From Acidimicrobiia bacterium (GTDB taxonomy: Bacteria; Actinomycetota; Acidimicrobiia; Spongiisociales; ZC4RG35): a DNA stretch of 64,000 nucleotides. A program made the position numbers and the translations under genes. The stretch's first letter is position 1, and each line of letters starts with the position of its first letter. Location of the stretch: positions 1,952,001 through 2,016,000 of the forward strand of contig OZ244034.1 of NCBI GenBank assembly GCA_965215185.1, given 5' to 3'. Positions 1 through 9,841 of the stretch are shown one piece after another. The notes under the pieces are model-generated. The model did no database searches, had not been told where the DNA came from, and was given only the letters and a program-made list of their open reading frames with translations.

Positions 1-1
1 G

Positions 2-601
2 GCATCGATATTCCAGGCTGACATCAGTTCGTGGGACGCGGTGAAAGAGATGGCAGACGCAGTCTTCGATGAGTTCGGTGGGCTGGATGTGTTGGTTAAC
101 AACGTCGGGGACATTGCCACCGAGCAGATGTCGTGGCGCGACGTGACTCAGGAACTCGTGGATCGGGTGATCGATGTCGACGTTAAGGGAACCCTCTACA
201 TGATCCACGAATTCGGTTCCAGGATGCTCGAACAGGACGAGGGCGGGGCGATCGTAAATATCGGCTCCACCGTTGTTGTAAGAGGCAGCCCCCGTGCCCC
301 GCAATACGCCGCCGGCAAGTACGGCGTCATGGCACTGACCAAATCGTACGCGAGAGCATTTGCCCCCAAGGTGAGAGTGAGCGCCTTCGCACCAGGATTC
401 ATGGCTACGGAGTCCACGGTCTCCCGGGACGACTGGAATACCGGTCGACGGGAGGCAATCACCGCGGCGACGCCAGCAGGACGGGTCCCCACCCCAGAGG
501 ACATGGCCGGACCTGCCCTGTTCCTCGCCACGCCCGAGGCAAGTCACATGATCGGCTCTTATGTAATTGCCGACGGCGGCCGCAGCACTGTCGGCGCCTG
601 A
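2..601 (+). CDS. SDR family oxidoreductase (5'-partial)
   Basis: LDVLVNNVG, NIGS and YAAGK (YxxxK) motifs; frame is open back to the window edge. Confidence 0.9.
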   Translation, partial: ASIFQADISSWDAVKEMADAVFDEFGGLDVLVNNVGDIATEQMSWRDVTQELVDRVIDVDVKGTLYMIHEFGSRMLEQDEGGAIVNIGSTVVVRGSPRAPQYAAGKYGVMALTKSYARAFAPKVRVSAFAPGFMATESTVSRDDWNTGRREAITAATPAGRVPTPEDMAGPALFLATPEASHMIGSYVIADGGRSTVGA

Positions 602-614
602 CAACTGATGGGAC

Positions 615-1988
615 TTATATACTTGGGTTGACAGTGTTGTCATCTCGGGTGATACTGTTCTGCGGCGTGCGGTTGCCCGGTTTTCCCTGGGGAGAGCCTG
701 GTCTTATGTCCGTATTTTGTATAGCGCGCCTGCATCGGGGAAAGATCCCGCCCGACCCGGGCGTTCTTCCGAACGCTCGGACGCTGATATTGACGGCTGC
801 GTTGCAGTCCCTGCACATAGTGACGCCACACCCTCCGCATTCGTACTTGCGTTTGCTGAGAGGCATTTTCTGGCGGTGCCCGCACTGCGAACAGTCCGTG
901 GTAGTGTAGGCAGGGTCCACCTCTACATACCGGATACCAGCCTTCCCAGCTGTGTGTTCCAGTATCGGATCGAGAGATGACAGCCTTTGGTCGTGTAGTT
1001 TTTTGCCCCAACGCCGCGAGCGTGACCACCCCATTAGGTTGGAGTGTTCTATGGCTATACCGTCAAATGTGGTCACCAGGTAGTGGCAGAGACGGAAGTC
1101 GGCCTGGCGGGCCCGCTCGGTCTCTCTTCTCCACGCTCGGGTGAACACCTGCTGCTTTTTCTTCCTGGTGTTGGAATAAGGCAGTCTCCTTCCTGCCTGT
1201 TTCTCTTTCTGTTTGTGCGCTTCTACAGATCTGCTCAGTGCCCGTTGCTTCCTGGTGATGTTCTCGCGGTCAGGAGCCCGAGCCGGGACGTGCGTTCCGT
1301 CCGAGAAGATCAGACGGTCCGCGATGCCCTTGTCTATACCCACCGGGTTGGTGACCGGCCGCTCGGGCAGTTCCCGCTCGGGATGTTTCAACACCACATG
1401 AAGTTCCACCCGGAGAGGCGTTCTCACTACTCGGAGTTCCTTCACAGAAGCGCCCATACCCAAAGCAGCAGCGATGCGGTTGCCCTTGTCGCGGAAACGC
1501 ACCCTCGGCACTCCCTTCGCAGACAACCTCCACCACCTGGCGGACTGGTTCTTCGGCGTGCCCGGCGCCTGAAGCATGGAAGGCGAAGGGTCGGGCATCT
1601 CGATACTGCGCCACCGACGGGAGGGCTTGAAACGAGGAAAGCCCGGGTTCTTTCCTTCCTTACAGCGCTCATAGAAGGATGCGATGGCGCGGTCGAAACG
1701 AACCAGGACACCTCGTCCTACCTTCACGGAGAGACGCTCCCATTCGGGATGATCCGCTCGAACAGCGGTGAACATCATCATACGGTCATACAGAGACAGG
1801 TTCCAATCGGACGGGAACTTCTCCACTTCGGGATTGTGGTGCTCTTTCCACCACAGGTAGGTGCCTCTCCAGGACTCCAAGTTAGCGTTGTACAACTCGG
1901 CGCACATACGAAAGATCTGGTCAAGGCGACGATGACCAGAAGGGGACAACTTAGCGGACACCCGCACCGTCTCAAACCAAGGATTCAT
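615..1988 (-). CDS. tnpB: RNA-guided endonuclease TnpB (IS200/IS605/IS607-type, Cas12f-like)
   Basis: N-terminal ELYNA..E helix, GFPRFK, RuvC D (VGIDKG), E (IAIEH), Zn finger CSQC..CGGC, RuvC D (RDCNAAVNI); start at 1988 or 2021. Confidence 0.92.
   Translation of the reverse strand: MNPWFETVRVSAKLSPSGHRRLDQIFRMCAELYNANLESWRGTYLWWKEHHNPEVEKFPSDWNLSLYDRMMMFTAVRADHPEWERLSVKVGRGVLVRFDRAIASFYERCKEGKNPGFPRFKPSRRWRSIEMPDPSPSMLQAPGTPKNQSARWWRLSAKGVPRVRFRDKGNRIAAALGMGASVKELRVVRTPLRVELHVVLKHPERELPERPVTNPVGIDKGIADRLIFSDGTHVPARAPDRENITRKQRALSRSVEAHKQKEKQAGRRLPYSNTRKKKQQVFTRAWRRETERARQADFRLCHYLVTTFDGIAIEHSNLMGWSRSRRWGKKLHDQRLSSLDPILEHTAGKAGIRYVEVDPAYTTTDCSQCGHRQKMPLSKRKYECGGCGVTMCRDCNAAVNISVRAFGRTPGSGGIFPRCRRAIQNTDIRPGSPQGKPGNRTPQNSITRDDNTVNPSI
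628..775 (-). ncRNA. putative TnpB omegaRNA/reRNA scaffold overlapping the tnpB 3' end
   Basis: TnpB guide RNAs are known to overlap the 3' end of the ORF; ORF tail beyond RuvC-III is non-conserved; GCAGAACAGTATC block recurs at ~6122-6135; boundaries are approximate. Confidence 0.45.
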
Positions 1989-2084
1989 GCGCTCACCAGA
2001 ATATATGAGGGGGTGTGACAATACTCGGGCAGACGTGCATGCACAAACCTCAAAACATGCCTGTCAACCCAAATATATAAATCC

Positions 2085-2949
2085 CATTTCATACACAAAG
2101 GTAGCGGCATCTTTTGAATCAGTGTTTTTGAGGGAAGGGATCATGTTGAAGTGGGAACCGCCCGGGCCGGATGTGCGTTGGTCTGACGTTCTATCCGCAG
2201 AGCAAGCCAGAAGAAACGCCAGCAAGCGGACACTTCGGGTGGCGCTTTTCGCCCTGGAGATGCTCCTGGGGCAAACCCGCCCTCATTGTCATTAAAAAGA
2301 GCCGCTTGGGCTGCAGCAAAACGACCGTGAGTTGTTCTGGGGTAGTTGGGAAGACCGAATGTCGTCGGCGAATGCCTATTCGCACCTACTGATGGACATG
2401 ACGTTCGAGTTGGTGTGCTACGCCACCGCAACTCCCCGCAGGAGGAGGATGAACCTGTTGAGCACTCTCCACAAATATCCGCCGTCCACCAGGTCCGTCT
2501 TGGACCGGCAGTTGAGCACGGTAGACATGGAGTGGTTGCGGAACTGGCGAAGAATCGGCCAATGGGGCCCGGAGAACCCACGGGAGCCAGGCGAGTTCAA
2601 GGACTGTGGTGTGGTGTGGGCCGCGGGCCGCAAATACACCCTGATGTCGGGCACACCCTTTGATCAGGGCACGGCTACCTATGTTCGTCTCGTAACGGAT
2701 GTCTTCCATGACGCCCTCCGCCATGCAGCCGAAACGGACCGCCCTACCTACGGGCCACTGCATGTCCTCATCGGGAAAATCAACGAAGAACTGGCGCAAT
2801 TGTGGGGCGCTACCAAAGATCGACACTGGGTGTATGCGGGCGGAACACCTCCCAAAGAATGGCCGCGTCCTTGGGAAGGTGTCAAGTGGAACCCAGAGAA
2901 CGCTTGTCTATCTTTTTGTGAGGTTACGCCCGTTCTTCGGAGCGGGTAA
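2085..2949 (+). pseudogene. 5'-truncated nucleotidyltransferase-HEPN-like paralog with one in-frame stop
   Basis: ISYTKVAASFESVFLREGIMLKWEPPGPDVRW aligns with VSYIKVPTTIEANTLREGRMLKWVRPGDEVDW of 13938-15014; TAA at 2293-2295; shared [10 protein letters not shown] tail. Confidence 0.8.
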
Positions 2950-2956
2950 AAAGACC

Positions 2957-3062
2957 TCGGAGGGAGGGAAAGTCACGATGCCGCTGAACGATATGTTCTG
3001 GGGTGCGTACTTCGGCGCTTGCACGGACAAGTACGGCATTAACTGGATGTTCAACTACGCAG
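2957..3062 (+). pseudogene. C-terminal fragment of a VOC/PhnB-family protein
   Basis: [32 protein letters not shown] is the typical PhnB C-terminus. Confidence 0.7.
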
Positions 3063-3216
3063 CGTTTATAGCTACTCGATTCCTTCCAGAGAATCCCCCA
3101 CGTAACCCTCGCACAGAAACGGAGCTACGACCGTGGCAACAGCGTCGAGAAGTCCAACTCGATGATCGTCAGACGGCGAGCATATGTCGCCGGATGACGA
3201 GAACGGCGGTGCGGGC

Positions 3217-3450
3217 TCAACGCCACAGCCACGTATTTGGCGAGGTGCTGTCCGGTGAGGGTCGAACGGGCGGTGACAAGGTCGGTGGGTGTGCCCTCGA
3301 ACACGACCCGGCCTCCATCATGGCTGGCTCATCGAGTACGTAGATCCCCCCTTCTCCGCCATGTGGATTGCCAGCTTCAGCCGCTGTCGTTCGCCACCGG
3401 AGAGCATCGTAAGCGGTTGGCCGACGGTGAGGGTGGCCGGGGCAAAGCTG
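3217..3450 (-). pseudogene. fragment of a UvrA-like ABC ATPase C-terminus
   Basis: minus strand reads TLTVGQPLTMLSGGERQRLKLA then GIYVLDEP, across frameshifts/deletion. Confidence 0.7.
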
Positions 3451-3726
3451 TTGTGCAGTCACACCACGCCGGGAACCGAGCGTTATGTCGGGAGGTCGAC
3501 GATCTGAGGTTTCTCGACCCAAAAGACCCACCCCAACGGTAACCCGGCGAACTTGGGACTTCGGGTCGCTCACTGGCACGCTTTGCTTCACGCCGCGCTG
3601 CGTATGGGGCTCAGGTGGATTCCCGCTTGGAACCCGCGCTGTCGAAGAGCGATTGGCGGGCGCAGGTTGCTAGGATGGGGGCAATGATAGTTCGCAGATC
3701 CATAGTGGCGCGCCTCGCCGGGAAGG

Positions 3727-5697
3727 TTGGCTAGGGCGGGGAAACACCACAGCACGCAACCCTCGGGGTGGAAGGATTTGCGGAACGCTGTTGAATGGCC
3801 TGGTACCGTGCGAGTGTTCCACGCTGTTGATCAGAGAGGTGTCTGCGGCCAATCGGGTAGCGACTCGGAAACATGGTACGTGCTGGTCGTGGTTGACAGC
3901 ATCAGCGCCGCCGACAAACAACTAGGGTTGTCGGACCATGAGGACCATGTGTGGGGAACAGACGGATGGCTCTCGCGGGCCGCTTCCGAACGAACCGGCC
4001 TGGACATCCGAGTGAGGGTGGTCGACTGGGACCGGTGGCGGTCCCTGCGCCGGGTGGCTGGGACTTTCGAGCACGAATTCTTCTCGCACGGCCGGTGGTT
4101 GGTCAAGCCGTCCCGGAGGCGGCATCGCATAGCCGCCGAGGGGAAGGGGCAGGCGGAGGCAACCTGTCGGTATTGCGTCGATTTAGGCCACGAGCGGTGG
4201 CCGTCCACCTTGGAACGCTCCCGCGATTTCGCCGCGGTCAGAGTCCTCGAATCGGGCGGAGAAATGGTAGAAATGGCGTTGCAGGACATGAACGCCTCCG
4301 CCCATGCCCGCAGGGGTTTCGACCAGGAACACCTAAAAAGCATCCATGGACTACTATTCGACGCGTTGCGCTGTTTCCTCGCCGGGGGTCTCGTTTTGTG
4401 TTCCGTTCCATACCGCCCGACCAGCGAACCCACCATCGTGGAACTGTTCGATTTGTTGCCCGTCGGGTTCGACCGTGGGAGCATCACCAGGGAACACGTT
4501 GAGTTGTTTCACTCTTGGAAACGCATCCGCTGTAAGCCCACCAGGGAAACAATCCAGCAGCTGGGGTGCGTCACCGCCGAGATGATGGGGTTGATCGCCC
4601 AACAGATCAGGAAAAACAAAAACCGAGGACAGGGGATGTTCGATCGGACATTGGGATACTTTTCGGGGGAGAGGGAGCGGTTGCGGCGCACATTAGCGTT
4701 GCCCCGATGGTCCGACCCGCAGTGGTTCTCCCTCCGAACGGACCTGGGGACCGTGCGACGAGCCGCCGAGCAGCTACTCCCCGCCGGGACTATCGAATAC
4801 ACCCCCGAAGGAAAGTCTGCGCCCACGTTGGCTGTCGTAGGCGGCGACACACCCCGGAATCGTGGACGCTCCGAGGGAGAGCGCTTCATGGACATCATCG
4901 AGGATGCCATTGGACTGGTAATTCCCGTGCGAATAACAGACGCCCAAACGTGGGCGAACAACGCGACCCATCCGCTGGCGTGGGAATACCACGCCGCCAA
5001 GACAGGAACATGGATCACCTCACCGACTGTCCGCGTCCAGCCGCTCCCCTACGAACAGGTGTGCGTAGAAAGAACCGTCCGAGCGTTGAAGAAGGTGAGT
5101 TCGCAGGTGAGTTGGGCCTCCTATGGCCACACTCCACGGCCTGGGGAGACCGACAGCGTGATACGCAACAAACGGGTAGAATATTGGGAGCAGCTTGTCG
5201 AACGGCTCCGCCATCACCAAAAGGTCATAGCCCTTCTACGGGTGGAGATAGATAGAACGCGGGCGGAGATGAACGAAACGCCGGGCTACCAGCCGACCAA
5301 ACCCCCGAAAGTTGACGCGTATTCCCCTCCCCCTGGTGGGGAAGGCACCGAGCCGCCCTTGGTGGCCAACGTCAGGAAAACCACTACCGGGGCGCTTCTC
5401 TCCTGCGAATCCCTCGTTAGAGAAATCGCTGAATACGCTCAGCAAACAGGCACGACCACAGAACGGTTCGGCCGGCCGCTGGAAGCGATCCGAGAGTCCA
5501 TCCAATGCATCGCCGATAGCCTCGGCGATCTCCGATGGGTATACCCCGACGGAACCCCACCCCGCGGGTGGGACCCGTATCATCTGAACCGCCAAGAGGT
5601 CCGGTCCGAACACTCGGACATACCCCAATCCCGCCATTACCAAAATGCGGACATGGCCCAGTCCGAGGGTCAGCCCACCCCGAGACCCTTGACCTGA
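3727..5697 (+). CDS. large divergent nucleotidyltransferase-HEPN-like protein, apparently two modules in tandem
   Basis: VRVVDWDRW..GTFEHE..GRWL and VRITDAQTW..AWEYHAAKTGTW both echo the paralogs' VDWVEW..DFEHEAASYGLW; ends WVYPDGTPPRGW; canonical GSxARG..SDxD is degenerate. Confidence 0.6.
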   Translation: MARAGKHHSTQPSGWKDLRNAVEWPGTVRVFHAVDQRGVCGQSGSDSETWYVLVVVDSISAADKQLGLSDHEDHVWGTDGWLSRAASERTGLDIRVRVVDWDRWRSLRRVAGTFEHEFFSHGRWLVKPSRRRHRIAAEGKGQAEATCRYCVDLGHERWPSTLERSRDFAAVRVLESGGEMVEMALQDMNASAHARRGFDQEHLKSIHGLLFDALRCFLAGGLVLCSVPYRPTSEPTIVELFDLLPVGFDRGSITREHVELFHSWKRIRCKPTRETIQQLGCVTAEMMGLIAQQIRKNKNRGQGMFDRTLGYFSGERERLRRTLALPRWSDPQWFSLRTDLGTVRRAAEQLLPAGTIEYTPEGKSAPTLAVVGGDTPRNRGRSEGERFMDIIEDAIGLVIPVRITDAQTWANNATHPLAWEYHAAKTGTWITSPTVRVQPLPYEQVCVERTVRALKKVSSQVSWASYGHTPRPGETDSVIRNKRVEYWEQLVERLRHHQKVIALLRVEIDRTRAEMNETPGYQPTKPPKVDAYSPPPGGEGTEPPLVANVRKTTTGALLSCESLVREIAEYAQQTGTTTERFGRPLEAIRESIQCIADSLGDLRWVYPDGTPPRGWDPYHLNRQEVRSEHSDIPQSRHYQNADMAQSEGQPTPRPLT

Positions 5698-6084
5698 GCG
5701 CCGCCCCGACCAACACACCCGTTAATTGCCGTCCACGCCCTATGTGTCAGATTCGGGAACCTTACCTGCGCTTTGGCAGCTTTCTTGAGAGGGAATCCAC
5801 ATTTCGAATTAGGCGGAGGTCATCGCCCTTTGAGAGGATACAGAAGAAGGCTTCAACAATGTCCAAAGCCGGCCTGGTATGCCCGCGACCTGGGGAGCTG
5901 TTTCCAGTCACGATCCTTCAGGCTCGGCGGTGCGTTGGCGATCGGCGCTGGGGGTCATGGTGGGAGCTCCCACAGGCCGCCAGGCTAGATACCACCAGGT
6001 TCGGCCTGTTCGCGTTTGTGCTCGACCCACGGCGAAACAGCGAGAGGCCCGAGGACCAGAATCCCGTCGACCACCACTAATAAA

Positions 6085-6200
6085 GGGGGTTTATATCTCT
6101 AAGTTGACAGGGTGTCTAGGCGATACTGTTCTGCGAACCACGATTGTAAGAATACTCCAAATACACAAATCGCTCCGTCCACTTAGATATATAAACCCCC
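6085..6200. mobile_element. 116-bp MITE-like relative of the TnpB element ends
   Basis: 20-bp inverted repeats (6085-6104 / 6181-6200, 1 mismatch); contains GTTGACAG and GATACTGTTCTGCG as in 627-664. Confidence 0.7.
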
Positions 6201-6324
6201 ATGATGACATGGGGGTGTTTACCTGGTAGCCCTTAGAAGGTCGTGAGGCACATGGAACACGAACCCGATAATTGCAACTTGCGGAGCAGTTCGCACAATT
6301 GGGTGGAACTCAGCAACCCTGACC

Positions 6325-6654
6325 GTGAGGGTGTGGCTTGTTTCAACAACACCGGGCAGCGGGTGGGGGCTGTGGAAAAACGCAGCGACTCCGTGTTCGC
6401 GATCACGGTGCGGTTTGTTTGGCGAGCGTGGGATTTTCGGGGCACCCGAAGTGCTCGCCGAGGCTATGCGTTGGGTAGAGGAAATGGAACACGCTGTCCC
6501 AGACGAGTTCACCGAGTTCTGGAGAGAAGCGTTTTACAGATATGCCGAGATTCGTGGCGACATGCTAGACCCTGATGACGGCATGACTGGGTTGCTGATC
6601 TCAATGCTTAGAAGGGGAGACGCGAACGGCGTGGTCGCTGCCGACGGGACTTAG
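6325..6654 (+). CDS. hypothetical protein
   Basis: protein-like ORF; its stop codon lies inside the 6649-6668 end motif. Confidence 0.45.
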   Translation: MRVWLVSTTPGSGWGLWKNAATPCSRSRCGLFGERGIFGAPEVLAEAMRWVEEMEHAVPDEFTEFWREAFYRYAEIRGDMLDPDDGMTGLLISMLRRGDANGVVAADGT

Positions 6655-6668
6655 GTATATAAGTCCCA
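6649..6668 (+). repeat. solitary copy of the TnpB-element end motif
   Basis: ACTTAGGTATATAAGTCCCA vs ACCCAAGTATATAAGTCCCA (minus strand of 609-628). Confidence 0.65.
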
Positions 6669-6753
6669 AAGGAATAGTCAACCAGTAGGCCGGTCGCTTT
6701 CCAGCGTCGAATAGGCTCGGGGATGGATACGGCGCAGATAATGCTCAGATAGG

Positions 6754-6993
6754 ATGAACCAGAGGGAACAGGTGGAGGCACGTGTCCGGAAAGCGTGGCA
6801 GACGTACCAGAGAGTGCATAGTGAAGCGACGAACAATATCCGGGAAGCCTCTCGAGCAGCGACCGACGAAATCGTAGCCGCCCACGAGGCAGGAATCAGT
6901 GTCGAGCGTCTCGCCGAAGTGCTCCAACGACCCGTTAGCGTAATCAGTCACCGGATCCGCCACGCCGAAGACAACTTAACGAGTGGAGGTTAG
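6754..6993 (+). CDS. small HTH-like protein
   Basis: AAHEAGISVERLAEVLQRPVSVISHRI resembles a helix-turn-helix. Confidence 0.6.
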   Translation: MNQREQVEARVRKAWQTYQRVHSEATNNIREASRAATDEIVAAHEAGISVERLAEVLQRPVSVISHRIRHAEDNLTSGG

Positions 6994-6999
6994 GGCAAG

Positions 7000-7233
7000 G
7001 TGTTGGATTGGAATACAGTCCCGTCGTTGGAAGCAACAGAGGGAAAGGTCAGCGGCGCGTGGGTGTTCAAAGGAACCCGGGTGCCAGTACGCGCTCTCTT
7101 CGAGAATGTGGGCGACGATTACATCGCCGAGTTCTGCCGTCATTTCCCTGGCGTGACCGAGCATCAAGTCAGGACAGTGCTTGACTGCATATCGCAGCAT
7201 CTCATAGAGGACATCGTCATCGAGGGACATTGA
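7000..7233 (+). CDS. DUF433 family antitoxin-like protein
   Basis: GKVSGAWVFKGTRVPV..LFEN..FP GV motif. Confidence 0.8.
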   Translation: MLDWNTVPSLEATEGKVSGAWVFKGTRVPVRALFENVGDDYIAEFCRHFPGVTEHQVRTVLDCISQHLIEDIVIEGH

Positions 7234-7291
7234 ACAAAAGGCTGGCCCGCTGCGCCAACGGTCCTATATCCAGTTGAATATACTGGGGGCG

Positions 7292-7560
7292 ATGAATCCT
7301 GTTCGTTTGATACGTGCCGTGGCGGGCATGACCCAGCGAGAACTGGCCGACGCTGCTGAAACTTCTCAGCCCACAGTGGCGGCATACGAATCTGGTGCGA
7401 AAAGTCCCACTTGGCGCACCGTTGAGCGGATAGCGGATAGCGGATAGCGGATAGCGGATTCGGTCGGCCTCGCGGGTTATCCCACAATGGGAAGGGCGTT
7501 GACTCGCGAACAGGAGAGAAGTGACTACCGGACAGCCGAGAGTTACCTAGACATAGAATC
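7292..7560 (+). pseudogene. Xre-family HTH antitoxin interrupted by a heptamer repeat expansion
   Basis: MNPVRLIRAVAGMTQRELADAAETSQPTVAAYESGAKSPT; TAG at 7445-7447 inside the repeat; frame continues DSVGL..LTREQERS. Confidence 0.7.
7425..7459 (+). repeat. (AGCGGAT)5 tandem repeat
   Basis: five perfect 7-bp units. Confidence 0.95.
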
Positions 7561-7585
7561 GGGTTCCTTCCCCTCGTAATAGCGT

Positions 7586-8082
7586 TTGCATATCGGTCTC
7601 GCCTCCGCCTACGAACATGAGGCGTGGAGGTACTGCAGCCCCGAATACGATCCTCTGAAAGGAACGGGTGCCTACCGGAAAGGGGGACGATTCAATCCCC
7701 CTGGCATATTCACGCTTTATCTCTGCTCAACCAAAGCATGTGCTGACCCGAATACAGAAAGGAAGTGGCCAAGCGTGAGCGGGAGGCCAAAGAAGCCGGA
7801 TATCCGAAACTCATGCCTGTCCAGAATCTATACAAATACCGAGCAAGGTTGTATTCCGTGTTGGATTTGACCTCCCACCAAACACTGGAAGCGATCGGTG
7901 TATCTTGCCGTGATCTGACCACCAGCAATTGGAGGATATGCCAGGACATAGGCCAAGAGGCCTATGGAGAAAGATTTCAAGCGGTTCTCTCATGGTCCGC
8001 AACCGGGCAGGACAAAGTAATAGCGGTACCGGGCGAAACTAAAGAAGCGGGTTCTCCGTGTGGTAGCCTTATCAGATGGTGA
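7586..8082 (+). pseudogene. RES domain toxin, frameshifted
   Basis: AWRY..GAYRKGGRFNPPG..LYL in one frame; VLDLT..CQDIG..AVLSWSA in the next. Confidence 0.8.
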
Positions 8083-8130
8083 GGCGATACACAACGCTTT
8101 CATAGACAGGCGTTTCAGGAAGGAAACCCA

Positions 8131-8979
8131 ATCAGACTCAGTTATCACCCAGATACTGACAGCCTCTACATAGAATTCCATCCTGGGCCGAGCGCCCACA
8201 CCGTGGAGATCGTTGATGGGGTCAATGTGGATTTTGACGCAACGGGCGGCATCGTCGGATTTGACATTGACCATGCGTCCAGGCATTTGGATGTCTCTAC
8301 ATTGGAAGCCGAGGCGCCGGGCATCTTGCAACGGGTTAGCGATAGGCGCCATCCGGAAGCGGTACACGTTGAAACAGGCAAAGATTTCCTCAGGGTGTTC
8401 TTGGCGGACGGCAGGGGCATTGCTGTGCCTTTGTCTTGGTATCCCCGGTTGTGCCACGGCACGGCAGAAGAAGCGAAAAAGTGGGAGTTGCGCGGCGAAG
8501 GTGAAAGCATTTTTTGGCCCGCCTTGGACGAACGAATGGGTGTTTCTGACCTCTTGAAGGAAACACCTTCTGGTTCCCACCCTTCGTCGCTGGGGTTCCA
8601 AAACGAAACGCATGTTTCGGATGAGAGTTACGCGCAAGCGGTACACGTTGAAACAGGCAAAGATTTCCTCAGGGTGTTTTTGACGGACGGCAGGGTGATT
8701 GCTGTGCCTTTGTCTTGGTATCCCCGGTTGTGCCACGGCACGGCAGAAGAAGCGAAACAGTGGACCATTCCCGGCCAAGGGAGAGGCATATCTTGGCCCG
8801 GCTTAGACGAAGACATCAGTGTTTGCGGTCTTTTGGATGGGTTTCCTTCTGGGGAGAGTGCCCGGTCGTATGGTCGGTGGTTGCAGGCACGGAAACAAAA
8901 CCGTGGTTTGATAGGTGCAGAAATAGAGGACCACGAATCGTCGGCGGAGTTCCGCAAGGGAACGTTCCACAACGATTAG
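8131..8979 (+). CDS. DUF2283-DUF2442-DUF2442 fusion (antitoxin-like); start uncertain
   Basis: LSYHPDTDSLYIEF..VDFDATGGIVGFDID (DUF2283), then two LRVFLxDGR.IAVPLSWYPRL..WPxLDE copies; ~120-bp direct repeat 8357-8478 / 8636-8757. Confidence 0.7.
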   Translation: MRLSYHPDTDSLYIEFHPGPSAHTVEIVDGVNVDFDATGGIVGFDIDHASRHLDVSTLEAEAPGILQRVSDRRHPEAVHVETGKDFLRVFLADGRGIAVPLSWYPRLCHGTAEEAKKWELRGEGESIFWPALDERMGVSDLLKETPSGSHPSSLGFQNETHVSDESYAQAVHVETGKDFLRVFLTDGRVIAVPLSWYPRLCHGTAEEAKQWTIPGQGRGISWPGLDEDISVCGLLDGFPSGESARSYGRWLQARKQNRGLIGAEIEDHESSAEFRKGTFHND

Positions 8980-9841
8980 TAGCGGCCCGGCGTTAACCCG
9001 ATTGGGTGGATCACCCGTCCTTGGCCGCGGGGAACTTTCCGATGGGTGGCCACCAACGGGCCTGGCGGAACGATTTGCCGTCGATATTCCACCATCCGGC
9101 CTCGGGTACGGGTTTGGCAAGACAACACCCAGGCGGCGCTTTCGCTGTCACACACCCGGCATATTATTTGAGAAGTGGCCTTCAAAATACACATGATTGC
9201 GCTCTTAGCTACTGGCACTCCCCGCCGGTCCCACCCAACCGGTGACAAGCAGTGTTTACCTGCCTCGCGAGACCGGCAACCCCGGCTATGTCCGAAGATA
9301 AGCTCGTGAACCGGGAAATCGGGCGGGCAGCTTTAGTGGTGGTGGACGTGCAAAACGACTTCGCTGACCCGCAAGGGTCCCTGTATGTCCAAGGAGCCGA
9401 GGGTGTGGTTGTAGAAGTGAACCGGTTAGTGGAAGATGCCATAGCCGCTGGCAACCCCGTGTTTTACACTCAGGACTGGCATCCGATAAACACTCCGCAC
9501 TTCGCCAAGTACGGGGGGATATGGCCCGTGCATTGCGTAGCCGGTTCTACCGGGGCAGAGTTCCACCCCGATTTGAAAGTCGAAGGAGTGTCCGTGAAAA
9601 AGGGCGTAGCGGGAGAAGACGGCTATTCGGGTTTCACCATGCGGGACCTGACGGATGGCAAAGACCACCCCACCGTTTTGGATTCCCTACTGCAACAAGA
9701 ACACGTCACCAAAGTAGTGGTAGTGGGACTAGCGTTGGATTATTGCGTCAAAGAAACAGCGTTGGACGCGGTGCGGTTGGGATATGACACGGAGGTGCTG
9801 CTCGGCGCCACCGCCGCGGTGAATCTATCCCCCCACGATGG

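Larger units (their letters stand above)
608..2087. mobile_element. TnpB-only element bounded by 27-bp inverted repeats
   Basis: 608-634 ATGGGACTTATATACTTGGGTTGACAG is the reverse complement (2 mismatches) of 2061-2087 CTGTCAACCCAAATATATAAATCCCAT; the neighbouring gene is truncated at the right repeat. Confidence 0.75.

Noticed and set aside
628-656. TTGACA-17bp-GATACT sigma70-like promoter antisense to tnpB
   Set aside because: The related copy at ~6104 has only 12-bp spacing, so the motifs are better explained as element-end or omegaRNA sequence; no transcript evidence.
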